DNA of 64,000 nucleotides from a virus (lineage: Duplodnaviria; Caudoviricetes), in the IMG/VR virus record IMGVR_UViG_2534681837_000002, positions 1 through 64,000 of that record. The stretch is one strand, 5' to 3'. Numbering within the stretch: the first letter of the stretch is position 1; each line of letters begins with the position of its first letter. The notes under the pieces were generated by a model, which was given only the letters and a program-made list of their open reading frames with translations, searched no databases and was not told the origin of the DNA. Both the position numbers and the translations under genes were made by a program. Shown in pieces: positions 19,509 through 28,467 of the stretch.

Positions 19509-20211
19509 GGTTCTTTGCTATTTGTTCAATGATAGTATCAGTTATCTCGTCCTCATATTCGCCGAAAGGAGAATTCTTGACGGTGTAGTAGTTGACCTTA
19601 AACTTATCACATACATCTTTGCAGACCTGTTTGTAGGCTTGTGAAGCGAAATCGTGGGCAAGCTGGTCGTGCGTGTCCGAAGAACAGTCGTAATCGCAAA
19701 ACGGACATCGATACCGTTCGATAAGCCCTTTGCCTACAGGGGCATCGTCAATCTCGTATATCAATGGCCCATCGCAATCGGGACACAATTCATTGTCATA
19801 GCTTTTGCACACTGCATTCTCTAACTCTTTGAGCAGGCTGGCTCCTTGCGGCAGGATGCCCAGGCTCGGCTTCTGAAATTCTTCCCGGAGCTCTTCAAAA
19901 GATAAACTTTCGTCCGGGCCGAAGTTGCAGTCTTCGATATCGACATACCCCTTTGAGGGCATAGGGATTTCCTGAAACGTCAGGATAGTGCCGCCGTGAT
20001 TGACACAAACCGAGGGCTCAATAGTCGAGAGCTGATTCCCATCATCACTTTCCCGGACATCATAGGCATAGATGCCTTCGGGAAGTGAGTCGCGTTCAAT
20101 TCTGCTAATTGTGAACATGACGAGAATGCCGTTAAGACGGGCTGCTTTGTAAGAATCTTCATGGTTATAAAATACTGGTTCCATTATATTTTGTTTTTTA
20201 GGGTTTAACAT
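19501..20211 (-). CDS. LPD28 domain protein with C-terminal Zn ribbon
   Basis: FTISRIERDSLPEGIYAYDVRESDD...IEPSVCVNHGGTILT is LPD28-like; CPDC...CPFC. Confidence 0.7.
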   Translation of the reverse strand: MLNPKKQNIMEPVFYNHEDSYKAARLNGILVMFTISRIERDSLPEGIYAYDVRESDDGNQLSTIEPSVCVNHGGTILTFQEIPMPSKGYVDIEDCNFGPDESLSFEELREEFQKPSLGILPQGASLLKELENAVCKSYDNELCPDCDGPLIYEIDDAPVGKGLIERYRCPFCDYDCSSDTHDQLAHDFASQAYKQVCKDVCDKFKVNYYTVKNSPFGEYEDEITDTIIEQIAKNHE

Positions 20212-20220
20212 TCGGGGGTA

Positions 20221-20898
20221 CTATTGTGCCTGACGTTCGGAGGGTCGGATATATCCATGGCGTTCCAAATAGTCAATGATATCAATCAATGACTTCTCAT
20301 GGAAGGATTCAAGTTCCATTTCGTTTTCCGGCTCATTATACAAGGATGCTGTCACTGATTCGCCGGATATATAGAGGAAATTCAGTTCATCAGAACATTC
20401 GCAATCAACGTTGTAAGCAACAGTTAAGTCGAACTGGTCTTTGTTAATATATAGTTTTTCTCCGTTTTGGGGAAGCGCACTTTTTATGCAATCAATCATT
20501 TCGGCTTTAAGGGCATCTCGCCTGATTTCAAATGTTTTACTTGCTTTTACGGTTGTCTCCAGTCCAAGTACATGCCAGAGGAATTTAATGATAACTTCGT
20601 TGGAACTGTCATACACTCTGAATCCGGTGCGCAGTTGTCCTGTTTCGTCATCATAACCACTTACAAGAATCATGTCGTCATTTAAGTAGACGGATGTTAT
20701 CCGGATGTAGGGTCTATCATGTCGGCCTTCAAAGATGGCACAAACCGGAAAATTCTCGTCGTTCAGCTCTTCGTCACCGTTGAGCTGCATGGAGACTTTT
20801 CCGCCATGCTCCCGCAGGCAATCTTTGATAAATGGCTGTGCCCCATTCAGGAAAAGATTGAGATAGGATGTGATTTGATAGAAATCCTGTAAATTCAT
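20221..20898 (-). CDS. hypothetical protein (two HGG-type modules)
   Basis: FIKDCLREHGG...FPVCAIFEG; similar to 38871-39254. Confidence 0.7.
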   Translation of the reverse strand: MNLQDFYQITSYLNLFLNGAQPFIKDCLREHGGKVSMQLNGDEELNDENFPVCAIFEGRHDRPYIRITSVYLNDDMILVSGYDDETGQLRTGFRVYDSSNEVIIKFLWHVLGLETTVKASKTFEIRRDALKAEMIDCIKSALPQNGEKLYINKDQFDLTVAYNVDCECSDELNFLYISGESVTASLYNEPENEMELESFHEKSLIDIIDYLERHGYIRPSERQAQ

Positions 20899-20998
20899 TG
20901 CTGTTAGTCTTTATAGTTTGGTGAATACTTGAATATATAAAAGCTGGTGCTGATAATGATAACCTGCACCGGACAAGAATAGAAGACTTAAGCTTAGC

Positions 20999-21910
20999 TT
21001 AGTCCAAAGAGGGTAAATCTTTTATGAATTGTTTTACTTTTTGCTCAATGAAGGCGTCTACGGTAAAGATGTAATCATTCTTATCCCAATCAGTGTATCT
21101 ATGTAAGCTCATGAAGCTGTCTGCCCACGAGACCATTTTGCCAACAAGCTCGCGTGAATCAATCTCGAATTGGTCGAGCAAATGTTGGGCACCGACGCTA
21201 TATGCTATATCAGCCAGCACTTCGTCACGGTCACTGCTTTTTATGCCTATCGGACCGCCGTAATCTTGTCTGATTTTTACTCGCTCACTGAATGACAATT
21301 TGTTCCAAAAAGCATTGTAATGGTCAGTACTGCCATCAGTAGCAGGCGGAAGCCCGGTAATCTCCTCTAACGCCGAAACATCCCGCATGTTCCACCATTC
21401 CTGCAATTCGTGTTGCAGGTTTCCCTGAGTGATTGGTTCAACGTACCGTTTGCATGCATTGCAATAGCAATCTCCTTCTTTATCTAATTCTGCATTACAG
21501 TATTCGACAAAGGCGCCGTTAAAATCGGGGTTTACCCAAGCTTTGACCAGGATATTTGGAGAAGCACACCAATTACACACTAAATTCTCGGTCTGAATTC
21601 TGTTACTGTTTCCACAATAGACCTTATTGGCTCGTTCGACAAGTAGCTTACGGTTGTGTTCTGTAAGTGAGAAGTAAAAACGTTCGGCAGCTCCATGGGC
21701 AGTCTGGGTAGTGAAGGAATCCCATTTTTGCCAAAAATGAAGATAGTTATTGCCAAACACTTTCTCACACTCTTTATCATCCCACATACTGCTCATGTAG
21801 TAGAAGTAACTACTTACTATGGTTTGTATTCCAGTTTTCATTTGATTTTGTTTAGGATTCATCTGCATTTTCACATAATTCGCCTGTATAAGGCGAATAA
21901 ATTGTTCCAC
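20999..21910 (-). CDS. hypothetical protein with Zn-ribbon module
   Basis: CNWC..AWVNP..CNAC..LEEITG; true start may be downstream. Confidence 0.7.
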   Translation of the reverse strand: MEQFIRLIQANYVKMQMNPKQNQMKTGIQTIVSSYFYYMSSMWDDKECEKVFGNNYLHFWQKWDSFTTQTAHGAAERFYFSLTEHNRKLLVERANKVYCGNSNRIQTENLVCNWCASPNILVKAWVNPDFNGAFVEYCNAELDKEGDCYCNACKRYVEPITQGNLQHELQEWWNMRDVSALEEITGLPPATDGSTDHYNAFWNKLSFSERVKIRQDYGGPIGIKSSDRDEVLADIAYSVGAQHLLDQFEIDSRELVGKMVSWADSFMSLHRYTDWDKNDYIFTVDAFIEQKVKQFIKDLPSLD

Positions 21911-22127
21911 TCTCTGCCGCCCCGGGGTCTACACCAAACAAGGCGATGCCCGGTTCGTAATACAACTCCAATTCACAAGGTTCCAAAGCTTTACTCTCTG
22001 CTGCATCGCGAGTCATGCCGCCTATCATCAGGTCTTCGACTCTGCGTGTATAAGCTAAGGGTGTCTCAATTGGAGTTAAATGAATCATTACCGATTCATA
22101 TTGATCTGAATTATTAAGCTTTACCAT
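21852..22127 (-). CDS. hypothetical protein
   Basis: 91 aa ORF in operon. Confidence 0.65.
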   Translation of the reverse strand: MVKLNNSDQYESVMIHLTPIETPLAYTRRVEDLMIGGMTRDAAESKALEPCELELYYEPGIALFGVDPGAAESGTIYSPYTGELCENADES

Positions 22128-22133
22128 ACTGAT

Positions 22134-22457
22134 TTATTGTTTTGATTCTTCATTGTTTTCAGATTCCTCCGGATGGAGGATTTCAATTTTGTAGCAAAGC
22201 ATCAGGTAATCGTCTTCAATACCCATATTCCACCAACGCCCCACATAATATTTGTGTGCTTCTTCTTCGGTAAGGCGTATAGGAGTGGTAAAATAATCCT
22301 CTTTGCCCTGCTTATCCCTCAAAAAGACTTTCACGTAGATAAAGGGAAGTAATTCTTCCTTCTTTTTCTTTCCGGATATTGTACTGACACTTGTATTCAT
22401 AGGATAATGTATTAAGAGATTAGGAAAAGGATACTTCACTATAACGTTTATCTGCAC
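22134..22457 (-). CDS. hypothetical protein
   Basis: 107 aa ORF. Confidence 0.6.
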   Translation of the reverse strand: MQINVIVKYPFPNLLIHYPMNTSVSTISGKKKKEELLPFIYVKVFLRDKQGKEDYFTTPIRLTEEEAHKYYVGRWWNMGIEDDYLMLCYKIEILHPEESENNEESKQ

Positions 22458-23040
22458 CTATGCAAACTTTGATTGCAAAGGTTTCGCCATACTGGGAAGC
22501 ATCTGAAATCAGGATACCGCAGGTCTCACCAAAGGAGAAACGCTTAGCGAGAGCTTTGTCTACGGCCATCAAATATTGCTCTTTGGTTGCAGGCTCTGAA
22601 CCACAATAGGAAAACCCATTGTCCCAACAAAAATTGAATGCCTGTCCACCCCGGAGAGATAGGTTCAGAATCTCTGCACGGGTGAGCAAGTGCCTGTCAA
22701 CTATAAACTTTACCTTATCGGGGGCTTTTATAAGAAGCTCGTCATTTTCACTGTAGTAAAGATTGGCTTTTGCCATTTTTTTGATGAATGAACATTTGGC
22801 CTCTTTATCTGCTTCTTCTGCTTCAACAATGGTACATTTCGGCAGATGAACATATAATTGGTTGTTTATGTCGAAATAAACGCAGCTCAGATAAACCGGA
22901 TGGTATTTGGTTATCTGGTTGGAGTCCTTTTGGTATTGGGAACTTTTCACGGCTATTATGCCGGAAAGGTTCACCTTTCTGCCATTGGAAAACATACCAT
23001 CACCAACGACCATGCTTCCTTTAATTTTTAAGACTTTCAT
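22420..23040 (-). CDS. hypothetical protein
   Basis: 206 aa ORF. Confidence 0.7.
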   Translation of the reverse strand: MKVLKIKGSMVVGDGMFSNGRKVNLSGIIAVKSSQYQKDSNQITKYHPVYLSCVYFDINNQLYVHLPKCTIVEAEEADKEAKCSFIKKMAKANLYYSENDELLIKAPDKVKFIVDRHLLTRAEILNLSLRGGQAFNFCWDNGFSYCGSEPATKEQYLMAVDKALAKRFSFGETCGILISDASQYGETFAIKVCIGADKRYSEVSFS

Positions 23041-23131
23041 ATTATCACGTTTTATAATTAAAGTATTCTAACTTAGAACAACGCCCGGAATACAGGATAT
23101 GGACGCCCTTAACGATACCTATAAGAGAGAA

Positions 23132-23295
23132 TTAATATTCCCACCCTTTGTATATCTTGTCAGCGTTGGGCAATTTCGAACGGCGTATCCATTTGTTTCG
23201 TGCTTTCTTCATGCTTTTTCTGCGTAACATGGTCGAACGCTTATCTTTTTTTCAAAATAGCCTTCAAGTTTCTCTAATTGCTTTTTATAACTCAT
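23132..23295 (-). CDS. small basic KGWEY peptide split over two frames at an A-AAA-AAG site
   Basis: Frame 0 MSYKKQLEKLEGYFEKK; -1 frame DKRSTMLRRKSMKKARNKWIRRSKLPNADKIYKGWEY*. Confidence 0.45.
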
Positions 23296-23308
23296 GGTTG
23301 TTTTATGG

Positions 23309-23626
23309 TTAAGTCCATATCTGTTTAGGAACTCTTTGAACTCCAAGATTATGAATCGGAGTTATAAATTTCAGACAATCGTAATACAGAAACCCACCTT
23401 CATCCAAGATACTTTGCAGTGAATTGATTCCACCGCTTGGAGTATAGGGTACACTGTCTTCTTCAAATGCCACATATCCTTTGCCTTCGATGTAGAAGCA
23501 GTGTCCGGAAGTAGATATCCCTACACGCTCACTCTTCCTGAACTTGTAATCATGGTCAATCTTTACGATTTCCAATTTCTCATTCAACTCTATGGTTTCT
23601 GGAGTTCTCTTGAAGTTTTTTCCCAT
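23309..23626 (-). CDS. hypothetical protein
   Basis: 105 aa ORF. Confidence 0.6.
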   Translation of the reverse strand: MGKNFKRTPETIELNEKLEIVKIDHDYKFRKSERVGISTSGHCFYIEGKGYVAFEEDSVPYTPSGGINSLQSILDEGGFLYYDCLKFITPIHNLGVQRVPKQIWT

Positions 23627-23829
23627 TGTTCTATTTGTTTAACATCAATTTTTGAAAGGATTCCGAGGACAATCGTTTTTGCTTGCGCTATGCCAGCTTT
23701 ATAGCCCATTGGAAACCCTTCCCGATTACATAAATGAGCGTGAGAAGAATTTGCCCATTCACTGATTTCTTTGATTGCTTCTTCCTGTGTCATATTCGTA
23801 TCTATTTCTCCAAATGTTTTACTGCCCAA
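23590..23829 (-). CDS. hypothetical protein
   Basis: ORF in operon. Confidence 0.55.
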   Translation of the reverse strand: MGSKTFGEIDTNMTQEEAIKEISEWANSSHAHLCNREGFPMGYKAGIAQAKTIVLGILSKIDVKQIEQWEKTSRELQKP

Positions 23830-24020
23830 TCGTTATCTTTTCTCTGCAAGTGGAGTTCTGCTTTTTCTGGGTCAAACTCATAATGCTCGCATTTACGGCT
23901 ATTTGTCATAGCGAGCAATAACGGAAAAAACATTCCATGCTTGCACCCTCTACCATATTCATCAGATGCAGATTTGCAAATATCGCATCTGTAAATATCT
24001 TGTACACATGCTATGCCCAA
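23802..24020 (-). CDS. Cys-rich small hypothetical protein
   Basis: CDIC...GCKH...CEHY. Confidence 0.6.
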   Translation of the reverse strand: MGIACVQDIYRCDICKSASDEYGRGCKHGMFFPLLLAMTNSRKCEHYEFDPEKAELHLQRKDNDWAVKHLEK

Positions 24021-24044
24021 TATATTGCCTCCTTTCTTTCTTGC

Positions 24045-24218
24045 TATGGATGATTCTTGTTCCTTATTTCATCAAGTTTTTTGGCAAGTATTCTAAGGGT
24101 ACTTGCACTTGTGGTTAAATGGCTGATATTATCAGCAAGATGTCCCGTTTCCATGAAATGAGATAAAGACTCGGACACTTTTTTTACTCCTTTTTTAATA
24201 TCATCAATTTCATTCATA
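24045..24218 (-). CDS. small hypothetical protein (57 aa)
   Basis: Hand translation MNEIDDIKKGVKKVSESLSHF...RNKNHP*. Confidence 0.5.
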
Positions 24219-24241
24219 TTCTTAGTTATTAGCTAAAATGA

Positions 24242-24505
24242 TTAATTTTCCTTTCTTTTAAATGTTATATCAAACTGGCTTACATTCTGGATTTCTTTCA
24301 GAGTCATCTCCTGAATGAAAGCATTTAACTTATCAATATCTACGTCGGTGCTACGCCCCCAAACGGTTGCTGCTGCCTGAACGGCATCTTGCATGGAGAA
24401 GCAGAATTGTGTCCAGTCGTCAAATTCCTCCCGGTCGTTTAGAATGGCAGTGATTCTCTTTTCCGCTTCAGCAATGTATTTTTTATTATGCTTTTTCTTT
24501 CGCAT
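24242..24505 (-). CDS. hypothetical protein
   Basis: Likely start MRKKKH at 24505; the longer ORF extension lies in the repeat array. Confidence 0.6.
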   Translation of the reverse strand: MRKKKHNKKYIAEAEKRITAILNDREEFDDWTQFCFSMQDAVQAAATVWGRSTDVDIDKLNAFIQEMTLKEIQNVSQFDITFKRKEN

Positions 24506-24634
24506 CGTATCGTTATTAATAGATTCAACAATATTTTTTTCGGAGTACTGTTTCAGTCTCCGGATTGCATTTGTAGATGATCCGCACATGTACCTTTGTG
24601 CCAGTTTTTTGCAAGCACTTGAGAAGACCGGCAT

Positions 24635-24832
24635 GACACATGTGTAAGGCAGGCCGACTCGCATATGCGAAGTAACCCAACTCACATATGTGAGGTAAGT
24701 TGGCTCGCATATGCGAGGTAGACTGGTTCACACCTGTGAGGTAACTGGAGACACAGGGATGTCATGCCCGGACACATCCGTGTGTCGTACCGGGGGACAT
24801 CCGTATGTCACACTGGGGGACATCCGTGTGTC
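24635..24832. repeat. Nine 14-bp imperfect palindromes with 23-bp period
   Basis: Units at 24635, 24658, 24681, 24704, 24727, 24750, 24773, 24796, 24819, e.g. CTCACATATGTGAG, CTCGCATATGCGAG, GACATCCGTATGTC. Confidence 0.85.
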
Positions 24833-24851
24833 TTCCCCCCACCTATAAGTA

Positions 24852-25322
24852 TCAAAAAGTAAAACCAATAAAGCCCTTGGTATCCCCTTTGAAAAGATGC
24901 TCATGGTTCACGTCATCATATTTATAGGTACTGAACTTTTTAGCTTCGGGAACATAATCGCCACGTACCCAAACCGGGGCGGTATCCGATTCTTTGAAAC
25001 GGAAGAGTTCCCCTTTTTTCATCTCGCGGATTGTCTTCTGCGTGTAGACAGACGGCGGTTCCTCTTCACCGTATGCTTTCCGGACTATCTTCCTGACTTC
25101 ATCGACGGGGAAAAGGAATTCTTCATCGGTGACGTAGTAAGCTATCTGGTCATCAGTTGCAGTTACTGCCTCTGGCGGCTCTTCTTCGTGAAGACCGTCT
25201 TTCGCCAGCTCATCGGCTAAAGACTGGACGGAGATTTGCCTGTAACCAATAGAGCTTCCCAGGTCAATGTATGCACCGGGATATTTAATACCTTTATATT
25301 CAATCGGTTCTGAATTTCTCAT
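24852..25322 (-). CDS. hypothetical protein
   Basis: 156 aa ORF. Confidence 0.7.
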   Translation of the reverse strand: MRNSEPIEYKGIKYPGAYIDLGSSIGYRQISVQSLADELAKDGLHEEEPPEAVTATDDQIAYYVTDEEFLFPVDEVRKIVRKAYGEEEPPSVYTQKTIREMKKGELFRFKESDTAPVWVRGDYVPEAKKFSTYKYDDVNHEHLFKGDTKGFIGFTF

Positions 25323-25324
25323 TG

Positions 25325-25699
25325 TTATTTCGTTTTAGTTTTCAAAGGAATAGTTGCTTGGGGCTGTTTGCAATGATTTTCAAATTCGAACATAGCATTG
25401 TCCGGACTACCAAAAGCCAGACGCATTTTCTCTTCATATTCAATTTCAGGAATCATTTGCTTTAATTTGTCATCGACAAACGAACGAAACAACGTTTTTT
25501 TAAGATACTTCCCACATAGCTTATCCCCTACCGAAAGTGCTATATCCGTTCCGGAATGATTATCGGCAGACAGAACGACCTCAGCATTATTGTACTTTTC
25601 TTCTACTGCACAAACTGCAAGTGAAGGTGTCTCAGCTTCAATCTCTACTTTCTTTTCGAGATATTCACGAATAACGACTTGATATGTTTCCATAGGCAT
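25325..25699 (-). CDS. DpnD/PcfM-like protein
   Basis: YQVVIREYLEKKVEIEAET...AVEEKYNNAEVVLSADN. Confidence 0.7.
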   Translation of the reverse strand: MPMETYQVVIREYLEKKVEIEAETPSLAVCAVEEKYNNAEVVLSADNHSGTDIALSVGDKLCGKYLKKTLFRSFVDDKLKQMIPEIEYEEKMRLAFGSPDNAMFEFENHCKQPQATIPLKTKTK

Positions 25700-25753
25700 T
25701 ATTTTAGTCTTTGGTTTCTTACTTTGATTTCTCTTTCTATGTTAGCAACTTCT

Positions 25754-26116
25754 TTATAAAGCTGTGTCACTGGCAACTTGGTTAGCATCATCCGGATGAA
25801 TAATCAACTTCCCACAATCAGGGCAGTATACGTCACGGCTACGATCACGAAAAATATCCCGCCATGTATTACACAACTTACAGTCCGTTGATTTGTCTTT
25901 TTTCGTAGTAAACTCTTTGTCTGTCAGTGCCGTTTCTTCCCACCCGTCAGCATCGGCAAGTCCCATTGAATAAGCATCGTACTCTCCCGGTGTATTGAAT
26001 GTTTTTACATCGACTACACCGCCATGGTCATTGAGAAACTTTCTTGAAGGGACTTTGCCAGTCTCATCATATCTGTAGACGGCTGAACCGCCACATATTA
26101 CTGTTGCTTTTATCAT
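25754..26116 (-). CDS. hypothetical protein with C-terminal Zn ribbon
   Basis: CKLC...CPDCG. Confidence 0.65.
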   Translation of the reverse strand: MIKATVICGGSAVYRYDETGKVPSRKFLNDHGGVVDVKTFNTPGEYDAYSMGLADADGWEETALTDKEFTTKKDKSTDCKLCNTWRDIFRDRSRDVYCPDCGKLIIHPDDANQVASDTAL

Positions 26117-26192
26117 ACTTCAATCTTTTTATAATGTCACTCTGATTTATAATCTCAGGCTACGTTTTATCACAAATGCTCTTTATTGATAC

Positions 26193-26699
26193 CTAATCGT
26201 TGTAGACAGAATCCCACTCCGTATAGTAACACTCATCATTCTTATCAAACCGTGCCTCTTTCTCTTTTTCCGAAAGGTCAGACAGTTTTTCGCCCTCATT
26301 AAGCAAAAACATATTCATGTCCTGTTCATCCTGGGTATAGTGAACATCAAGACACTTCTTTGAGCAATAATACTCGCCACCCCAATAGTAGCCTTTCTTC
26401 ATGGGTTTACCACAATGGTCACATCGGCGAATATGATCGTCGTCCTCGTTCTCCAGCTTGCCGAGATGAGATTTCTCTATCACTCTATCCAATTGCGTGC
26501 GATATTTATCAACTACTTCCTGCACTATATCAGCATCCATCGGCTCCCTTCTGAGAGAAAACAGATTATTCCGGACACGCCGGACATCATTCAGGGCATA
26601 TCCCATTGCCACAATTTCATTTTCACCATGCAGTTTCCAATATGCAAGGCAGTTTTTGTAATGAGTTTCAAGTATCTTGATTTGCTTTTCTTTTATCAT
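26193..26699 (-). CDS. hypothetical protein with treble-clef-type Zn finger
   Basis: CDHCGKPM...YYCSKKCL. Confidence 0.65.
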   Translation of the reverse strand: MIKEKQIKILETHYKNCLAYWKLHGENEIVAMGYALNDVRRVRNNLFSLRREPMDADIVQEVVDKYRTQLDRVIEKSHLGKLENEDDDHIRRCDHCGKPMKKGYYWGGEYYCSKKCLDVHYTQDEQDMNMFLLNEGEKLSDLSEKEKEARFDKNDECYYTEWDSVYND

Positions 26700-26782
26700 A
26701 AGTTTGTTAGGTATTGTTTGGTTATGTGATGAGGTAACTTAGATTTTGGTTAGCTTACATTTGCATGAACTTTCACATCATA

Positions 26783-27193
26783 TCAATCCTGATGTCCGTC
26801 GTCCATAGTGAAGAAGTCAAAGATTCGTTTTTTAAGGCGGTCATCATTAACAGCTACTTTCTTGATACGGTTAAATGCCTGTCTGGCAATACAGAACTGT
26901 TTGTCTAAATAAGAATCACGGAGCTGGCATCTCGCCTCGTTTACAGCTTCAAAACAAGAGTAACATGTTAATTCAACCGGGTTATCCTTCGCGTCCTTTA
27001 TTGTAAAGTTTGCTTTGGTATCGTGAGCCCTGACAATAAAAGGCTCCTTCTTCCCTACCCTGAATAGTTCTAATTTCTGATTTGAAAGGTCAAAATTGCG
27101 GATGCCATCTATTTTGGCACTTCTAATGTCAAAATCACCGTCAATAAAATACAGGCTGTCACCCATATTCAAGTCTTTAAATGTTTTCATCAT
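26783..27193 (-). CDS. hypothetical protein
   Basis: 136 aa ORF. Confidence 0.65.
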   Translation of the reverse strand: MMKTFKDLNMGDSLYFIDGDFDIRSAKIDGIRNFDLSNQKLELFRVGKKEPFIVRAHDTKANFTIKDAKDNPVELTCYSCFEAVNEARCQLRDSYLDKQFCIARQAFNRIKKVAVNDDRLKKRIFDFFTMDDGHQD

Positions 27194-27206
27194 AAACTTA
27201 TTATAT

Positions 27207-27674
27207 TTATAACGTGATACTTGAGATTCTACCCAAATCTATTTCTTCCTCTTTGCCCTCGGCTGAAGAAACAAACAGATGGGTATTGGATACTCTGACG
27301 AAAGTGTACTCACACTTCACTCCATCTACAGAGAGCTTAATCACTTCCCCCTGAACAAAGGATTTTAAAACCTGGTATCTACTGAAACCTTTAGTATTAA
27401 AAGAAAACTTATGCAACTGATCATATTCAGTGCTCCGGATTCCTTCCGGAAGTTGGTAGTACAGAAGAGCCTCCAGATTCATGAGATTTTGCTTAATCCC
27501 GGCTTTCTCAAAAATCTTCTTTTCGAGTCCAAAGTATGCTTTCTTTACAGCATTATACCAATCGATGTTATTATTACCAATCAATATCCCTTCGCTGATA
27601 GCTTGCCGCTTCGTGTCTTGTAGGAAGACACACAGATTAAGCAATGTTTTATTCATGGGCATTGAATCATTCAT
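27207..27674 (-). CDS. hypothetical protein
   Basis: 155 aa ORF. Confidence 0.65.
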   Translation of the reverse strand: MNDSMPMNKTLLNLCVFLQDTKRQAISEGILIGNNNIDWYNAVKKAYFGLEKKIFEKAGIKQNLMNLEALLYYQLPEGIRSTEYDQLHKFSFNTKGFSRYQVLKSFVQGEVIKLSVDGVKCEYTFVRVSNTHLFVSSAEGKEEEIDLGRISSITL

Positions 27675-27697
27675 ATTATCCTATATTTATTAATGAG

Positions 27698-28435
27698 TTA
27701 AACGAGTTTAGCGTAGAATTCACGGAAATACTCAACCGCTTCCTCTTCCGTAGGAGTCCAGTTCTTATCCCAACCCAGTATGTCCGACAAGAATTCCGAT
27801 TTCCTTTTAGAGTTGGAAACTTCTTCCAGGCAAGAGTCGTGCAGTTCACTACTCATACTCTTTTTCAAAGAAGCAAAAATCAGATCTACAACATCAAACG
27901 TCGGCTTCTTAAGTGTTTCGCTCAGATACTCGGTCAACCATTGGAAGTTAGTACCGTAGAACTTGGCTTCCGCCTGGCAACGCTTCCAAACCTCTTCCGG
28001 CATGACTTCATCTATCCATGTCCCTTCGCTGCAAGAGCGTTTGAACGCCCTGACACATTGGCGGATGATATTCTCACACGCCGCATTATCATCCCTGTTG
28101 TTTTCCAACCATGTAAAGACTTTGTTGCCGTAAGTATCAAGCCCTTCAAGTTGATAATCTTCCTCTTTAATATCCAGTTCAAGTATCGGAAGTGGGGCAA
28201 TACCATCATCTTCCCAAATGTCAATATGAAGATTATTCACTTTCATGGTTCCCCTCATCGGAGGAATATGTCTGGAAATGTCTTTGAACACCGGCTCACG
28301 TCCCAACGTCATATTCCCCTTATCATTGATAATAAATAGCTCGTACCACTTTTGAGGGTTAGCATCCGCTTCTTTTATTTCCTTTCGGTACGTTTTCTTA
28401 ATAGCCGAAAGCTGTTCTTTCACTTGTTGATTCAT
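27698..28435 (-). CDS. hypothetical protein
   Basis: Start moved to MNQQVK at 28435; the track extension is intron domain V/VI sequence. Confidence 0.75.
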   Translation of the reverse strand: MNQQVKEQLSAIKKTYRKEIKEADANPQKWYELFIINDKGNMTLGREPVFKDISRHIPPMRGTMKVNNLHIDIWEDDGIAPLPILELDIKEEDYQLEGLDTYGNKVFTWLENNRDDNAACENIIRQCVRAFKRSCSEGTWIDEVMPEEVWKRCQAEAKFYGTNFQWLTEYLSETLKKPTFDVVDLIFASLKKSMSSELHDSCLEEVSNSKRKSEFLSDILGWDKNWTPTEEEAVEYFREFYAKLV

Positions 28436-28467
28436 ATTTTTGATTATTAGATGGTAACAAACAGGCA

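Noticed and set aside
24635-24832. CRISPR-like call for the 23-bp-period repeats (also 569-697)
   Set aside because: Spacers are only 9 bp and the repeats drift progressively.
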